This document shows positions 1 through 9,809 of a DNA stretch of 32,988 nt, piece after piece. The stretch is taken from the IMG/VR virus record IMGVR_UViG_3300025398_000011; one strand, 5' to 3'. A program made the position numbers and the translations under genes. How positions within the stretch are numbered: the stretch's first letter is position 1; every line of letters starts with the position of its first letter. Source of the stretch: an uncultured virus (IMG/VR IMGVR_UViG_3300025398_000011) (Duplodnaviria; Heunggongvirae; Uroviricota; Caudoviricetes). The notes below the pieces were generated by a model. The model saw only the letters and a list, made by a program, of their open reading frames with translations, searched no databases and was not told where the DNA came from.

Positions 1-65
1 CAGAAGTGGTACTAGGATTACAGAACGCACAGCACATGATTCGTGGAGAGAGGGCTATTGCATGA
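1..65 (+). CDS. 3' end of an upstream gene (partial, product unknown)
   Basis: Open frame ...EVVLGLQNAQHMIRGERAIA* ends at TGA 63-65 and overlaps the next ATG (ATGA coupling). Confidence 0.55.
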   Translation, partial: EVVLGLQNAQHMIRGERAIA

Positions 66-595
66 TCATTGGTCTTACAGGATTTGCTAGAAGTGGTAAG
101 GACTCAGTGGCTAAAGTTCTTGTTGAACATTATGGTTTTACACGCGTAGCCTTTGCAGACAAGATAAGAGACCTACTGGTTGAGATGGATCCTATTCTTG
201 AGAATGGTCATCACTTAAGTTCTATGCTTGAAGACTATGGCTGGGAGCTTACTAAAGCAAAGCCTGAGGTTAGAAGGTTATTACAATCGCTGGGCGTAGG
301 CGCTCGTAAGATCTTTGGCGACAACCACTGGATTGTAGAAGCCACAAAGAATTTAGATAGAACCGCTAACTATGTTATTACTGACGTGAGGTTTATAAAT
401 GAAGCCACGTGGGTGAAGGATGTGTTTGGTGGACAGATCTGGCGGGTAGAACGTCCAGGTGTGAGCGCTATTAACAACCACGTCTCTGAGTCTGAAATGT
501 CGACATTTGAAGTAGATCAGACTTTTATTAATGAAGGCTCTCTTGAAGACCTTGAAGCGATGATTAAAGCTCGTATGGTAGGTTTGCTTGTATGA
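62..595 (+). CDS. deoxynucleoside monophosphate kinase
   Basis: N-terminal P-loop GFARSGKD, FAD motif, R-x-LLQ-x-LG, VITDVRF-x-NE and H-x-SE motifs typical of phage dNMP kinases. Confidence 0.9.
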   Translation: MIIGLTGFARSGKDSVAKVLVEHYGFTRVAFADKIRDLLVEMDPILENGHHLSSMLEDYGWELTKAKPEVRRLLQSLGVGARKIFGDNHWIVEATKNLDRTANYVITDVRFINEATWVKDVFGGQIWRVERPGVSAINNHVSESEMSTFEVDQTFINEGSLEDLEAMIKARMVGLLV

Positions 596-2181
596 CTTTT
601 ACAGGGACGCTTCTCCCTTATCAACCTGAGGCAGTAGATCGCATGTGCGACCGCTCTAGCATGTTGGTTGCCTATGACCTCGGGCTGGGTAAAACTGTCA
701 TCACCATAGCCGCCATAGAACGCCTTATGGATGAGCGGAAAATTGATGAGCCAGGCCTTATCATTTGTTTATCCTCACTTAAATACCAGTGGGCTAATCA
801 GATTGAGAAGTTTACAGATGGCACTTCAAGAGCTTTGGTCATTGATGGAACCCCGGCTAAAAGAGCAGCGCAATACGAAGAGGCTTATGATTGGCGTAAC
901 TCTGGGGTTGATTACATTGTTCTTAACTATGAACAGGTGGTCAACGACTGGAAGTTCGTCGAAAGACTCCCTAGAGGATTTGTAGTATTAGACGAAGCAA
1001 CGGCTATTAAGTCGTTTAAGTCTAAGCGCTCTAAGCAGGTTAAGAAGCTAATCCAAACCCCTTATCGCTTCGCTCTTACAGGTACACCTATTGAGAACGG
1101 CAAGCCAGAAGAGCTTTATAGCATCATGCAGTTTGTTGATCCAACAGTTCTGGGTCGCTTTGATATCTTTGACTCAGCTTTTATTGTCCGCAATAGCTGG
1201 GGTGGGGTTGATTACTACCGCAACCTTTCCACTCTTCATACCAAGATGAAAGAAGCGTCTGTCCGTAAGGCTCAGAAAGACCCAGACGTTGCGCCGTTCT
1301 TGCCAGAGACTATTCATCAAGACCCTATCAAGATTACCTTTGATCGTAAGACAAGCAAACTTTACTCAAAGATTGTTAATGATCTACTGACCGACCTAGA
1401 AGATGCTCAGACACTTTTTGGCGCATCCTTTAACGTCTTTTCTCATTACGGGCTTGAATCCCAGCGCGGCGGTCCAGAGGATGAGATGCGTGGAAAGATC
1501 ATGTCTAAGATCGGCTGTTTAAAGATGCTCTGCTCACACCCAACCTTATTGCTAACTAGCTCTAAAAAGTTTGAGTTGATGAACGGCGAAGGCTCAGCTT
1601 ACGCCAATGAGCTGGTTAACAATGGCGCTCTTGATGGCATAGCCAGTTCTCCTAAGCTTGAATACCTAACGCAGTACGTCAAAGACTTTCTTGAGCAGAA
1701 TGACGATAACAAGGTAGTCATCTTTGCCACATACGTAGACATGCTAGACATGATTGCTGAGGCGATTGGTTTAGATCAATGCCGCCTCTACTCAGGCAAG
1801 TTAGATGCTAAGACTAAAGAAGATAATAAGATAGCGTTCAATACCGACCCATCCATCAGAGTCCTTATATCTAGCGATGCTGGCGGTTACGGGGTAGACC
1901 TACCTGCAGCAAACCTGCTAATCAACTATGACCTACCTTGGAGTTCTGGAACGGCCGTCCAACGCAATGGTCGTATCAAGCGCGCCTCTAGTCTGTGGCC
2001 CTCTATTGTTATCACTGACATCATTGCTACAGGCTCTATTGAGCAGCGTCAGTGGGAGGTTCTACAGCAGAAAAATGCTTTGGCCAACGCGGTTATTGAT
2101 GGTGAGGGTATTACTGAGGACGGTGGCGTAGAGATGTCTGCAGGGAGCTTAAAGCAGTTCTTGCAGAGTTCTATTGTATAA
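592..2181 (+). CDS. SF2 (SNF2-like) helicase
   Basis: Motif I DLGLGKT, motif II LDEAT, motif III LTGTP, GYGVDL, motif VI QRNGRIKR. Confidence 0.92.
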   Translation: MTFTGTLLPYQPEAVDRMCDRSSMLVAYDLGLGKTVITIAAIERLMDERKIDEPGLIICLSSLKYQWANQIEKFTDGTSRALVIDGTPAKRAAQYEEAYDWRNSGVDYIVLNYEQVVNDWKFVERLPRGFVVLDEATAIKSFKSKRSKQVKKLIQTPYRFALTGTPIENGKPEELYSIMQFVDPTVLGRFDIFDSAFIVRNSWGGVDYYRNLSTLHTKMKEASVRKAQKDPDVAPFLPETIHQDPIKITFDRKTSKLYSKIVNDLLTDLEDAQTLFGASFNVFSHYGLESQRGGPEDEMRGKIMSKIGCLKMLCSHPTLLLTSSKKFELMNGEGSAYANELVNNGALDGIASSPKLEYLTQYVKDFLEQNDDNKVVIFATYVDMLDMIAEAIGLDQCRLYSGKLDAKTKEDNKIAFNTDPSIRVLISSDAGGYGVDLPAANLLINYDLPWSSGTAVQRNGRIKRASSLWPSIVITDIIATGSIEQRQWEVLQQKNALANAVIDGEGITEDGGVEMSAGSLKQFLQSSIV

Positions 2182-2188
2182 TTTAAGG

Positions 2189-2347
2189 ATGCCTAACGCA
2201 CCTAAGACACCGACCCGTACCATCCGCGTCTCGGATGATATTTGGCTTGCCGTCCAGAAGAAGGCTGCCAAGGAGGGCGTTACAGTCACCAGCGTCATTA
2301 TCGACGCCCTTGAGAAGTACATCAAGGTTGACAAGCCTCTAGACTAG
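2189..2347 (+). CDS. ribbon-helix-helix (Arc/CopG-like) DNA-binding protein, 52 aa, not in ORF track
   Basis: MPNAPKTPTRTIRVSDDIWLAVQKKAAKEGVTVTSVIIDALEKYIK: alternating beta strand, helix, G-x-T-x-S turn, helix; TATAAT 6 nt before ATG. Confidence 0.8.
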   Translation: MPNAPKTPTRTIRVSDDIWLAVQKKAAKEGVTVTSVIIDALEKYIKVDKPLD

Positions 2348-2356
2348 AACTAATGT
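2328..2356 (+). promoter_or_regulatory. sigma70/SigA-type promoter
   Basis: TTGACA (2328-2333), 17 nt spacer, TAATGT (2351-2356), upstream of ORF 2379. Confidence 0.7.
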
Positions 2357-2378
2357 AGTGCTTCTTAGGGGGTACTAA

Positions 2379-2783
2379 ATGAATCTAGAAGAGCTAAAGA
2401 AAAGCGCCCGTCAGTTCCTCGCCTTAAAGAGTGAAATGGGTATGTTGGCAGATCGCCAAAGCGAATTGAAAAGCCGTATGACTCAAGAGATTGATGCACT
2501 TGAGCCAGATGATAAAGGCCATAGGGTCATCCAGTTTGAGGACGCTAACCTAGGCAACATTAAAGTTACTAAACAGCGCCGAGTGTCTAAGACCCTTGAT
2601 ATGGACGTTGCCGATAAGATCCTCACAGATAAAGGTATTAAAAACACCTGTATCAAGATGGTTCCAACCCTTGACGAAGCAGCAATCATGGCCGCTTTCT
2701 ATGAGGGCTACCTTACAGAAGAGGATATTGACACGATGTTTCCTGCTAAGGAGACGTTTGCGTTTATCGTAGAGAACAAATGA
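2379..2783 (+). CDS. hypothetical protein (coiled-coil N-terminus)
   Basis: 134 aa ORF with an SD-like GGGGG upstream, coupled to the next gene. Confidence 0.75.
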   Translation: MNLEELKKSARQFLALKSEMGMLADRQSELKSRMTQEIDALEPDDKGHRVIQFEDANLGNIKVTKQRRVSKTLDMDVADKILTDKGIKNTCIKMVPTLDEAAIMAAFYEGYLTEEDIDTMFPAKETFAFIVENK

Positions 2784-3253
2784 CCGAAGACTTTATTGAC
2801 AAAGCGTTTGCTGACCTTGATGAGTACTACCCAGGTAGTAAGAAGAAGCGCAAGGCAGTAGTAAAGAAAGAACCAGAGGTTGTTGTGTCTCCTAACTGGG
2901 ACTCACGGCCTACTAAGCGCACACTTCCTAACGGAACAGACGTAGATATGTTTACCATTGGCGCACTTGCTGCAGCCCTTGGACGACCTATCATCACTAT
3001 CCGTTCATGGATCAAGGAAGGTTACCTGCCTTCCGCACCCTATAGACTTCCCGCTAAGAAAGATATTAACGGGAAAGACCATCAAGGGCTTCGTCTCTAC
3101 TCGCGGGCTATGATTGAAGCGGTCATTGACCTCTTTGACAAGGCTGGCATACTGGAGATAAAGCGTATAGACTGGTCTCAACATCAGCACCTCAGTAATG
3201 AGATCGCTGAAGCGTGGAGTAACATCCGGGCTGATGAAACAAAAACAAACTAA
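2780..3253 (+). CDS. MerR-like helix-turn-helix DNA-binding protein
   Basis: FTIGALAAALGRPIITIRSWIKEGYLP...RLYS matches the MerR-type winged HTH pattern. Confidence 0.75.
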   Translation: MTEDFIDKAFADLDEYYPGSKKKRKAVVKKEPEVVVSPNWDSRPTKRTLPNGTDVDMFTIGALAAALGRPIITIRSWIKEGYLPSAPYRLPAKKDINGKDHQGLRLYSRAMIEAVIDLFDKAGILEIKRIDWSQHQHLSNEIAEAWSNIRADETKTN

Positions 3254-3266
3254 CAAAGGAAAAATA

Positions 3267-3929
3267 ATGTCCGTAAATCGCACAGAAGCATATCTGCCAA
3301 CCACTGACGAGTTCAGTGCATCTGCAATCAATGACCGCCCAGCGCAGTCAACTTCAGCAGCCATCCAATCAGGTTGGGAAGCTGGAGAAAAGATCACACC
3401 TGTTTCACAGGGATACGCCAAAGACTTTAAGTTCACTGATGGCGGCTTCCAAGTAATCAAGTTCCTTGATCAAGATGGCCCATTTGCCGTCTACAAGCAG
3501 CACTTCCTTACTAACAAAGAGGGACAGAAGTCGTACATCTCTCTAGGTGCTAACGACCCACTTTGCATCAAGCTTGGCAGCAAGCCAGAAGAGAAGCGCG
3601 CCTTCTCTATCGTTAACCTATCTGCTGAAGGTGGACCACAGCGTCAGATGCTTATTGCATCACCACGTTTGTGGAAAGCACTTCACGCAGCACACTTCTC
3701 CCCACAAGGTCCACTCACCCGTAATTATTGGGCAGTGAGCCGTACAGGTAAGCAACAGACAACCGCCTATCACATCAACCCAGTAAAGGGCCGTGACTTG
3801 ATGGAAGACTGGCAGATTGATGAAACGGCTGCAGAAGCCTTCATTGCATCAGTTCAGCCTTACACACGCGCTGACATCAAGACACCTACTTGGGATGAGC
3901 TAGAGGCTATTGCAGACTCTTTGCTCTAA
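3267..3929 (+). CDS. putative single-stranded DNA-binding protein (gp32-like)
   Basis: Start reassigned to ATG 3267 after AAGGA; IKFLD..P..Y.QHF pattern, SRTG..T.Y motif, acidic C-terminus, position before DNA polymerase. Confidence 0.55.
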   Translation: MSVNRTEAYLPTTDEFSASAINDRPAQSTSAAIQSGWEAGEKITPVSQGYAKDFKFTDGGFQVIKFLDQDGPFAVYKQHFLTNKEGQKSYISLGANDPLCIKLGSKPEEKRAFSIVNLSAEGGPQRQMLIASPRLWKALHAAHFSPQGPLTRNYWAVSRTGKQQTTAYHINPVKGRDLMEDWQIDETAAEAFIASVQPYTRADIKTPTWDELEAIADSLL

Positions 3930-3941
3930 AAACACATAGCT

Positions 3942-3981
3942 GTTAGAGACCGGTGCCCCCCTTCCATCGGTCTCTAACTTT
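3942..3981 (+). terminator. hairpin, probable intrinsic terminator
   Basis: GTTAGAGACCG / CGGTCTCTAAC inverted repeat followed by TTT, between SSB and polA. Confidence 0.55.
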
Positions 3982-3995
3982 ATAGGGGACAACAC

Positions 3996-5981
3996 TTGAA
4001 TATTATTACGACTAAAGATCAGTTAGATGAGATGGTTGCTTACTATCTTAAGCAAGATGCGTTTGCATTTGACGTAGAAACTGTTGGTCAACATAGAGGT
4101 ATACCTGCAGTTAACGAAGTGCTTTGGATTTCTTTTGCTACCCGCGGTCGCGGTGATGTTATTCCTATGGGCCACCCTAATGGTGAGTTCTTAGAATCAA
4201 TCAAGCCTTTAACAGGTCAGGGTCAGAAGCGTGTAGATCAAGGATTACCCGCCAGAGACTACGACTACTCACGTGATAAGAAGAAGCACGTGAAGAAGTT
4301 TGGCCCAGCACCTAAACAACTATTCCCAGCAGAGGTCTTTGAAGCGCTTAAGCCATTGATGTTTAATGAAGATATCTTAACTATCGGTCACAACTTAATC
4401 TTTGACCTATGCTCCGTGGCTAAACACTACGATGGAGTAATCCCTGCAGGTCCTTACTTTGATACCTTGATCGGCTCCTTCTTATATGACAGCCGCAACA
4501 GTGGCAAGCTTGGCTTAGATGATTGCCTTAAGCGTGACCTAGGGTTCAGCATGGAGAAGGGCATTGGCCACAAGGTTGAAGAGTATTCTTTTGATGAAGT
4601 CGCCAAGTACTCATACCTAGATTCTAAGTACACATTTCTACTGTGGCAGGTTGTTACGCCTAAGTTGATAGATGCTGAGGTTGATAAGGTTATGGATCTT
4701 GAGATGAGTCTCTTAAAGGTTCTATGCCAGATGAAACTTACAGGCGCGGCTATTGACGTTAACTTATTAAAGGATCTACACACTAAACTTGAAACAGAGA
4801 TAGAACAAGTAAAGACAAAGATTTACGGCATTGCCGGTAAGGTCTTTAACCTTAACTCCAATGCTGAAAAGCAAGAACTTCTTTACGGCCCAGTATCAGA
4901 GGGCAATCGTGGTATTAAGCCAACAATCCTTACGGGTAAAGGTGAGAAGACCCAGCCTGATAAGCGCACTTACTCTGACTACTCAGTATCTGCAGAGGCA
5001 CTTGAGGCTCACCCAGATGATGAACTTGTAAGAGCCATGCTTGAGTACGCGGAAATCAACAAGCTTCTTAGCACCTACATCATCCCTTACATTGGCGGGG
5101 AAGTAGTTAAGTCTGTCAATGGTAAAGAGAAGATTGAAGAGCGTGAGAGCATGCTCATCAATGGCAAGATCTATGGAGACTTTAAGCCTTGGGGTACAGA
5201 GACAGGTCGTTTCTCTAGCTCCAACCCTAACCTTCAGAACATTCCTGCGCCTAACGATAAGGTGCCAGAGGAGAAGAACTACGGCAAGATGATTCGAGAC
5301 CTGTTCTATGCTCCAGAAGGTTACAAGTTAGTAGTGGCTGACTACTCCCAGATTGAACCGCGTATTATTGCCTCTATGTCAGGTGATCCTATTATGCTTG
5401 AAAATTATCGCATTGGCGGAGATATTTACACTACCGTTGGTAACACCATGGGAGTAGACCGCAAGGCTGGTAAGGTCTTAGTTCTAGCCATTGCCTATGG
5501 CGTAGGGCCAGATAAGATCTCGCGCCAGATCGGTTGTACTATCCAGGAGGCTAAGACCCTTCTCACAGACTTTGCCGCCAAGTTCCCTTCCGTAGACCTG
5601 TACCGCGCCAAGGTTATTGGGGTAGCCCGTAATACTGGCTATGTATCCACCATCCTAAAGCGCCGCAGATACCTGCCGGATATTAAGTCCAAGGTGCCTG
5701 CCTTTAGGTCTAGCGCCGAGCGCCAGGCCTTCAACACGCGTATCCAGGGGTCTGCCGCAGACATAATCAAACTTGCTATGATTAGGGCCTACGAGAAGAT
5801 ACCTGCCGAGGCAAGAATTATCTTAACCGTGCACGATGAAATCGTGACCTTGACTCCAGACTCTGTAGTAGATCAAACACGCGAAGCTATCCGCGAGGCT
5901 ATGGAAGAGATTTACTTTCTAGATGTCCCACTGATCGCTGACATTAAAGTGGTTCAGAAATGGGGTGATGCTAAAGGATGA
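3996..5981 (+). CDS. polA: DNA polymerase family A with 3'-5' exonuclease domain
   Basis: ExoI FDVET, ExoII GHNLIFDL, TGRFSSSNPNLQNIP, motif A ADYSQIE, motif B RKAGK...YG, motif C VHDE. Confidence 0.96.
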   Translation: MNIITTKDQLDEMVAYYLKQDAFAFDVETVGQHRGIPAVNEVLWISFATRGRGDVIPMGHPNGEFLESIKPLTGQGQKRVDQGLPARDYDYSRDKKKHVKKFGPAPKQLFPAEVFEALKPLMFNEDILTIGHNLIFDLCSVAKHYDGVIPAGPYFDTLIGSFLYDSRNSGKLGLDDCLKRDLGFSMEKGIGHKVEEYSFDEVAKYSYLDSKYTFLLWQVVTPKLIDAEVDKVMDLEMSLLKVLCQMKLTGAAIDVNLLKDLHTKLETEIEQVKTKIYGIAGKVFNLNSNAEKQELLYGPVSEGNRGIKPTILTGKGEKTQPDKRTYSDYSVSAEALEAHPDDELVRAMLEYAEINKLLSTYIIPYIGGEVVKSVNGKEKIEERESMLINGKIYGDFKPWGTETGRFSSSNPNLQNIPAPNDKVPEEKNYGKMIRDLFYAPEGYKLVVADYSQIEPRIIASMSGDPIMLENYRIGGDIYTTVGNTMGVDRKAGKVLVLAIAYGVGPDKISRQIGCTIQEAKTLLTDFAAKFPSVDLYRAKVIGVARNTGYVSTILKRRRYLPDIKSKVPAFRSSAERQAFNTRIQGSAADIIKLAMIRAYEKIPAEARIILTVHDEIVTLTPDSVVDQTREAIREAMEEIYFLDVPLIADIKVVQKWGDAKG

Positions 5982-6445
5982 GCATCTTCAGAAGAAATAA
6001 AAAAGATGAGTTTGAGATTACTACTCAAGAGGTTCCGCTTAGTACGGTTTACCGTTGGTACCTCTATGACACCGAACTTGTAGACAACATCAATGACCTT
6101 GCTGAAATGGTAGGGCTTAGTCGCATTAGTGAAGAGGGCGAGAGTAAAGAACTAGAAGACAGCGGAGATAGAGTAAAAGCTGTCGCCCCACTCTTTCCAT
6201 TCTTAGAGTCTATTGCGGATATCAGCGCCAAATCTTTGGTAGCGCTTCATCTAGCTGAGGCAATAAATTCAGATGATATGGAAGACCATGAGTTAGAAAA
6301 GCATAGTGATGAGATACTGGCTGTCTATAAAGCGGTAGCACTATCTACTTTAATGGGCGCCTTTTCAATTGGTCTTCACTTAGGTATGATTGAAACTAAT
6401 ACAGTAGGAGCAGATGTTCTTGACTTTGGAGGAATAGATGAGTAA
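5978..6445 (+). CDS. hypothetical protein
   Basis: 155 aa acidic ORF, ATGA-coupled to polA. Confidence 0.75.
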   Translation: MSIFRRNKKDEFEITTQEVPLSTVYRWYLYDTELVDNINDLAEMVGLSRISEEGESKELEDSGDRVKAVAPLFPFLESIADISAKSLVALHLAEAINSDDMEDHELEKHSDEILAVYKAVALSTLMGAFSIGLHLGMIETNTVGADVLDFGGIDE

Positions 6446-6821
6446 CTCAGATTGGTTCTCACGCAAATTAGGTAACCCAGTACCTCAGCAACCGCAGCAG
6501 GCCCCACAGTATGCTGCACCACAGCCTGCTACCTATGCACAACCACAACAGCCGCAGTATCCACCCTCACAACAGGCAACCCCTCAAGCACCTCGTTGCC
6601 CAGGGTGCGGCAGTGGTAACTATGGCAGTGTTCAGGGAGCAACACCAAGGTGCTACGATTGCGGCTATCCACTTCAACAGTCAGGTAGTGGTCTAGGTAA
6701 AGGAATTATTACCCCTGGTCAGTCTTCAGCAGGACCAGCAACACCAGCACGCCAGATACCTACAGGTACTTTTAATGGCACTAAGCCCGCAATCGGGGCA
6801 GACGGAGGGTTCTTAGGATGA
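6438..6821 (+). CDS. Gln/Pro-rich protein with zinc ribbon
   Basis: CPGC...CYDC pair flanked by Q/P-rich and G-rich low-complexity segments. Confidence 0.7.
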   Translation: MSNSDWFSRKLGNPVPQQPQQAPQYAAPQPATYAQPQQPQYPPSQQATPQAPRCPGCGSGNYGSVQGATPRCYDCGYPLQQSGSGLGKGIITPGQSSAGPATPARQIPTGTFNGTKPAIGADGGFLG

Positions 6822-7870
6822 GCACATTAACAGGCGATCTAGCAAAAGTATTTAGTGCAATCAACAAGAAGATGGGCGATGACACCATCGTTCTTGGTTC
6901 AGATATTACCCAAACTGGTAGCCGTCTAACAACGGGTTCAGTTGCGATAGACGTTGCTTTAGGTGGCGGATGGCCGTCTAATCAGTGGCACGAAATTATT
7001 GGAGAGGCAAGCAATGGCAAGACCGCGCTTGCTCTTAAGACTATTGCTGCTAATCAACGTCGCGATCCAGAGTTTACGACTGTATGGATTGCAGCAGAAG
7101 AGTGGGTGCCAGGTTACGCAGAGATGTGCGGCGTAGATGTTTCCCGCGTATATGTAGTGTCTACAAATATCATGGAGGAAGCGTATGAAGCGGTCATTCG
7201 GATCGTGGAAAGTAAAGCTATTGATTGCATTGTTCTTGACTCACTTCCTGCTCTGGTGCCTGGAGCAGAGGACGAGAAGGAAATGGAAGAAGCAACAGTA
7301 GGGCGCGGAGCGCTTCTTACTAACAAGTTCTTCCGTAAGGTAGGCAAGGCATCTAAGAGGTCGTTAATCCGCCCAGAGCGCCCTTTCATCGGCATCATTA
7401 TCAATCAGTGGCGGTCAAAGGTTGGCGTAATGTATGGCGATCCTCGAACTACTCCGGGGGGTCTAGGCAAGGACTACGCCTTCTTTACCCGCATGGAGGT
7501 CCGCCGCGATGAATGGATTGAGGCTGGAACTGGGCAAGATAAGCGCAAAGTAGGCCAGTCAATTAAGGTCAGAGTCATTAAGAATAAGTCAGCCGCCCCA
7601 GGCCAAATCGCTATTGTAGACTTCTATTTTGCTAATGGCGGGGACATTGATGCGGGTCAGTTTGACTTTGCCAAAGAGATTGTAGCTATAGGAAAACTTA
7701 ATAAGGTCATTGTCAGAGCAGGTGCCTACTATCGTTATGCCGGTAGACAATGGCAAGGCGAAGATGCTATCCTAGCGTCCATACGGGAAGAGATTGACCT
7801 TCGAGAAACCCTTGAACGCGATGTACTAGACTCTATTAAAGCAGGCTCTAAGTACGCGCATGAAGAGTGA
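6818..7870 (+). CDS. recA: RecA/UvsX-like recombinase
   Basis: TGS..D.ALGGG.P, Walker A GEASNGKT, IVLDS, IINQ.R..VGVMYGDP.TTPGG, KNK.A.P. Confidence 0.95.
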   Translation: MSTLTGDLAKVFSAINKKMGDDTIVLGSDITQTGSRLTTGSVAIDVALGGGWPSNQWHEIIGEASNGKTALALKTIAANQRRDPEFTTVWIAAEEWVPGYAEMCGVDVSRVYVVSTNIMEEAYEAVIRIVESKAIDCIVLDSLPALVPGAEDEKEMEEATVGRGALLTNKFFRKVGKASKRSLIRPERPFIGIIINQWRSKVGVMYGDPRTTPGGLGKDYAFFTRMEVRRDEWIEAGTGQDKRKVGQSIKVRVIKNKSAAPGQIAIVDFYFANGGDIDAGQFDFAKEIVAIGKLNKVIVRAGAYYRYAGRQWQGEDAILASIREEIDLRETLERDVLDSIKAGSKYAHEE

Positions 7871-8240
7871 GGGTTTAAAGAAATCACAGAAGCATGAGGC
7901 ACGACTAGCAGGAGTTCTAGACGGGAAAGTCAACGCTGGAAGCGGAGCTTTCTGGAGTCGTAAAGGTGATGTGCGAAGTACCGACATTCTATTAGAACAT
8001 AAGTACACGGGCAAAGCCTCCTTTACTGTTAAAGCCGCAGTTCTGGAAAAGATTGTCAAGGAAGCAATACTTGAGAGTCGTATGCCTGTGCTAGGTGTCA
8101 GCCTCAATAATGAGAACTACGTATTGTTAACCGAAGACGACTTCCTGGAAATGCGCCAGAGCTTCCAGGAGCATAAAACTTGTACGACGAAGACTTCGGA
8201 CCAGAACCTTGGCGATATAGAGCAAAATGCCGAGGGATGA
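7860..8240 (+). CDS. PD-(D/E)XK nuclease, putative Holliday junction resolvase
   Basis: E in N-terminal helix, SGA, KGDV...LLEHK catalytic pattern. Confidence 0.7.
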   Translation: MKSEGLKKSQKHEARLAGVLDGKVNAGSGAFWSRKGDVRSTDILLEHKYTGKASFTVKAAVLEKIVKEAILESRMPVLGVSLNNENYVLLTEDDFLEMRQSFQEHKTCTTKTSDQNLGDIEQNAEG

Positions 8241-8497
8241 ATACCAACACTTGGTACCCGCCGCGCGATAAAGATCAATACAAAGACATCGCCGATGTAG
8301 CCAAGGCTGTTTGCTACGGCAAAGATGGTTTGCCTGAGTGCCCAGTGCGTAAAGAGTGTTTACTTTACGCAGAAGAGATGGAAGATACCCACGGTATATG
8401 GGGCGGCATGAGCCACCGCGAACGTAATGCGCTTAAGCGTAAAGCAACACGTTCAGGCATGACTCTAAAGGAATGGGTATTAACTAAAGATATATGA
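8180..8497 (+). CDS. whiB: WhiB-family Fe-S transcription factor
   Basis: W...A.C, AKAVC...CPV...C and GIWGG.S..ER signature; AGGAG SD before TTG start. Confidence 0.92.
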   Translation: MYDEDFGPEPWRYRAKCRGMNTNTWYPPRDKDQYKDIADVAKAVCYGKDGLPECPVRKECLLYAEEMEDTHGIWGGMSHRERNALKRKATRSGMTLKEWVLTKDI

Positions 8498-8509
8498 TAA
8501 GTTACCCGC

Positions 8510-9340
8510 ATGAGTCAGCTAAAGAAATTTGTAGATGTGGGTAAGAAAAACACCCGTGTTCTAGGGTCATTAGAGCGCCATCTAATGGCCAAGCCAAAAG
8601 ATAGATCACGCAGAACCGACGTCTTACATCCGTCAGAGATGGTCGGTTCTGATTGGTGTCACCGCGCTTCTTACTTTCAGCTGCAAGGCGAAGAGCCTAT
8701 TAGTACTCGCACCAACAGCCTACGACTAGCCTCAGTATTTGCTGAAGGCCACGCTATCCATGCTAAATGGCAAAGCTGGCTGCAAGACATGGGCGTTCTA
8801 TTTGGCAAATGGTATTGCTATGAATGTGAAGAGTTTTTCTGGGGCGGTGCGGACTGTCACGAAGGTCCCCTTGCTTACAGAGAAGTGCCGTTATTCTACG
8901 AGCCCTTGCGAATATACGGACACTCAGATGGTTGGTTGACAGGGCTTGGCGACCCAATGATGCTAGAAATCAAGTCTATCGGCGTAGGCACCCTGCGCTG
9001 GGAAGCTCCCGAGCTTTTGATAGAGCATAACAATGACTTTGATAAAGCATGGAAGGCTATTAACGCGCCTTTTATGAAGCACATAATGCAGGTGCAGATC
9101 TACATGAAGTTGGCTGAACTGCTTAACTATGAAAACTACCCACAAGAAGCAGTAATCATCTATGAGAACAAAGCCAATCAAGAGGCTAAAGAGTTTGTAG
9201 TAAAGAAAAGTGACTTCGGCATCTCGCATTTGTTTGACGCAGCCGCTATGATTGTAGAAGCAATAAAGACTAACACGCCACCACCATGCAACCTAAGCAC
9301 AGATGGTTGCGCTAAATGTAAGGGGTATACAAATGGTTAA
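8510..9340 (+). CDS. Cas4/RecB-like exonuclease
   Basis: HPS...C.R, G..IH, DG...LEIKS, H..QVQIY and C-terminal PPC...C..C cluster. Confidence 0.8.
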   Translation: MSQLKKFVDVGKKNTRVLGSLERHLMAKPKDRSRRTDVLHPSEMVGSDWCHRASYFQLQGEEPISTRTNSLRLASVFAEGHAIHAKWQSWLQDMGVLFGKWYCYECEEFFWGGADCHEGPLAYREVPLFYEPLRIYGHSDGWLTGLGDPMMLEIKSIGVGTLRWEAPELLIEHNNDFDKAWKAINAPFMKHIMQVQIYMKLAELLNYENYPQEAVIIYENKANQEAKEFVVKKSDFGISHLFDAAAMIVEAIKTNTPPPCNLSTDGCAKCKGYTNG

Positions 9341-9809
9341 TATAGTTGCCACAGGTATTAGTGAAGACCTATTAAAGGTACTAGAGTCCCAAGGCTTGCC
9401 AGTTAAGCGCAGCCTAGACATTGAGATTAAGCCTTTTCCAGCAGATATTACTGGCGTAGATGACCAGCAGCTCATGGAGATGGCTCGCTCCTATATGGAG
9501 AACTACAACTTCCTACTTACACAGGTAGCCTGCGCTGAGTTGGCGGTTACTGAGGCTGAGAACTATTACAAGCAGGAAGAAGCCAAGCTTCTTATCCAGA
9601 AGTCTTCAGACCCAAAGACCAAAGCCACAACCATCAAGGCTATGATTCTTATCGATCCAGATATGCAAAAACTATCTGCCGATCGCATGCACGCTGAGGC
9701 TTACCACAAGTTACTAAAGACAACCATGGACAACCTAGAGCGGTACTACCAGCTAACTAGCCGTGAACTCACCCGTCGAACATCTGTTCTAAAGGCGCGC
9801 GGTTACTAA
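9333..9809 (+). CDS. hypothetical helical protein, possibly a UvsY-like recombination mediator
   Basis: Start reassigned to ATG 9333; all-helical composition ending ...TSRELTRR; lies in the recombination cluster. Confidence 0.45.
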   Translation: MVNIVATGISEDLLKVLESQGLPVKRSLDIEIKPFPADITGVDDQQLMEMARSYMENYNFLLTQVACAELAVTEAENYYKQEEAKLLIQKSSDPKTKATTIKAMILIDPDMQKLSADRMHAEAYHKLLKTTMDNLERYYQLTSRELTRRTSVLKARGY

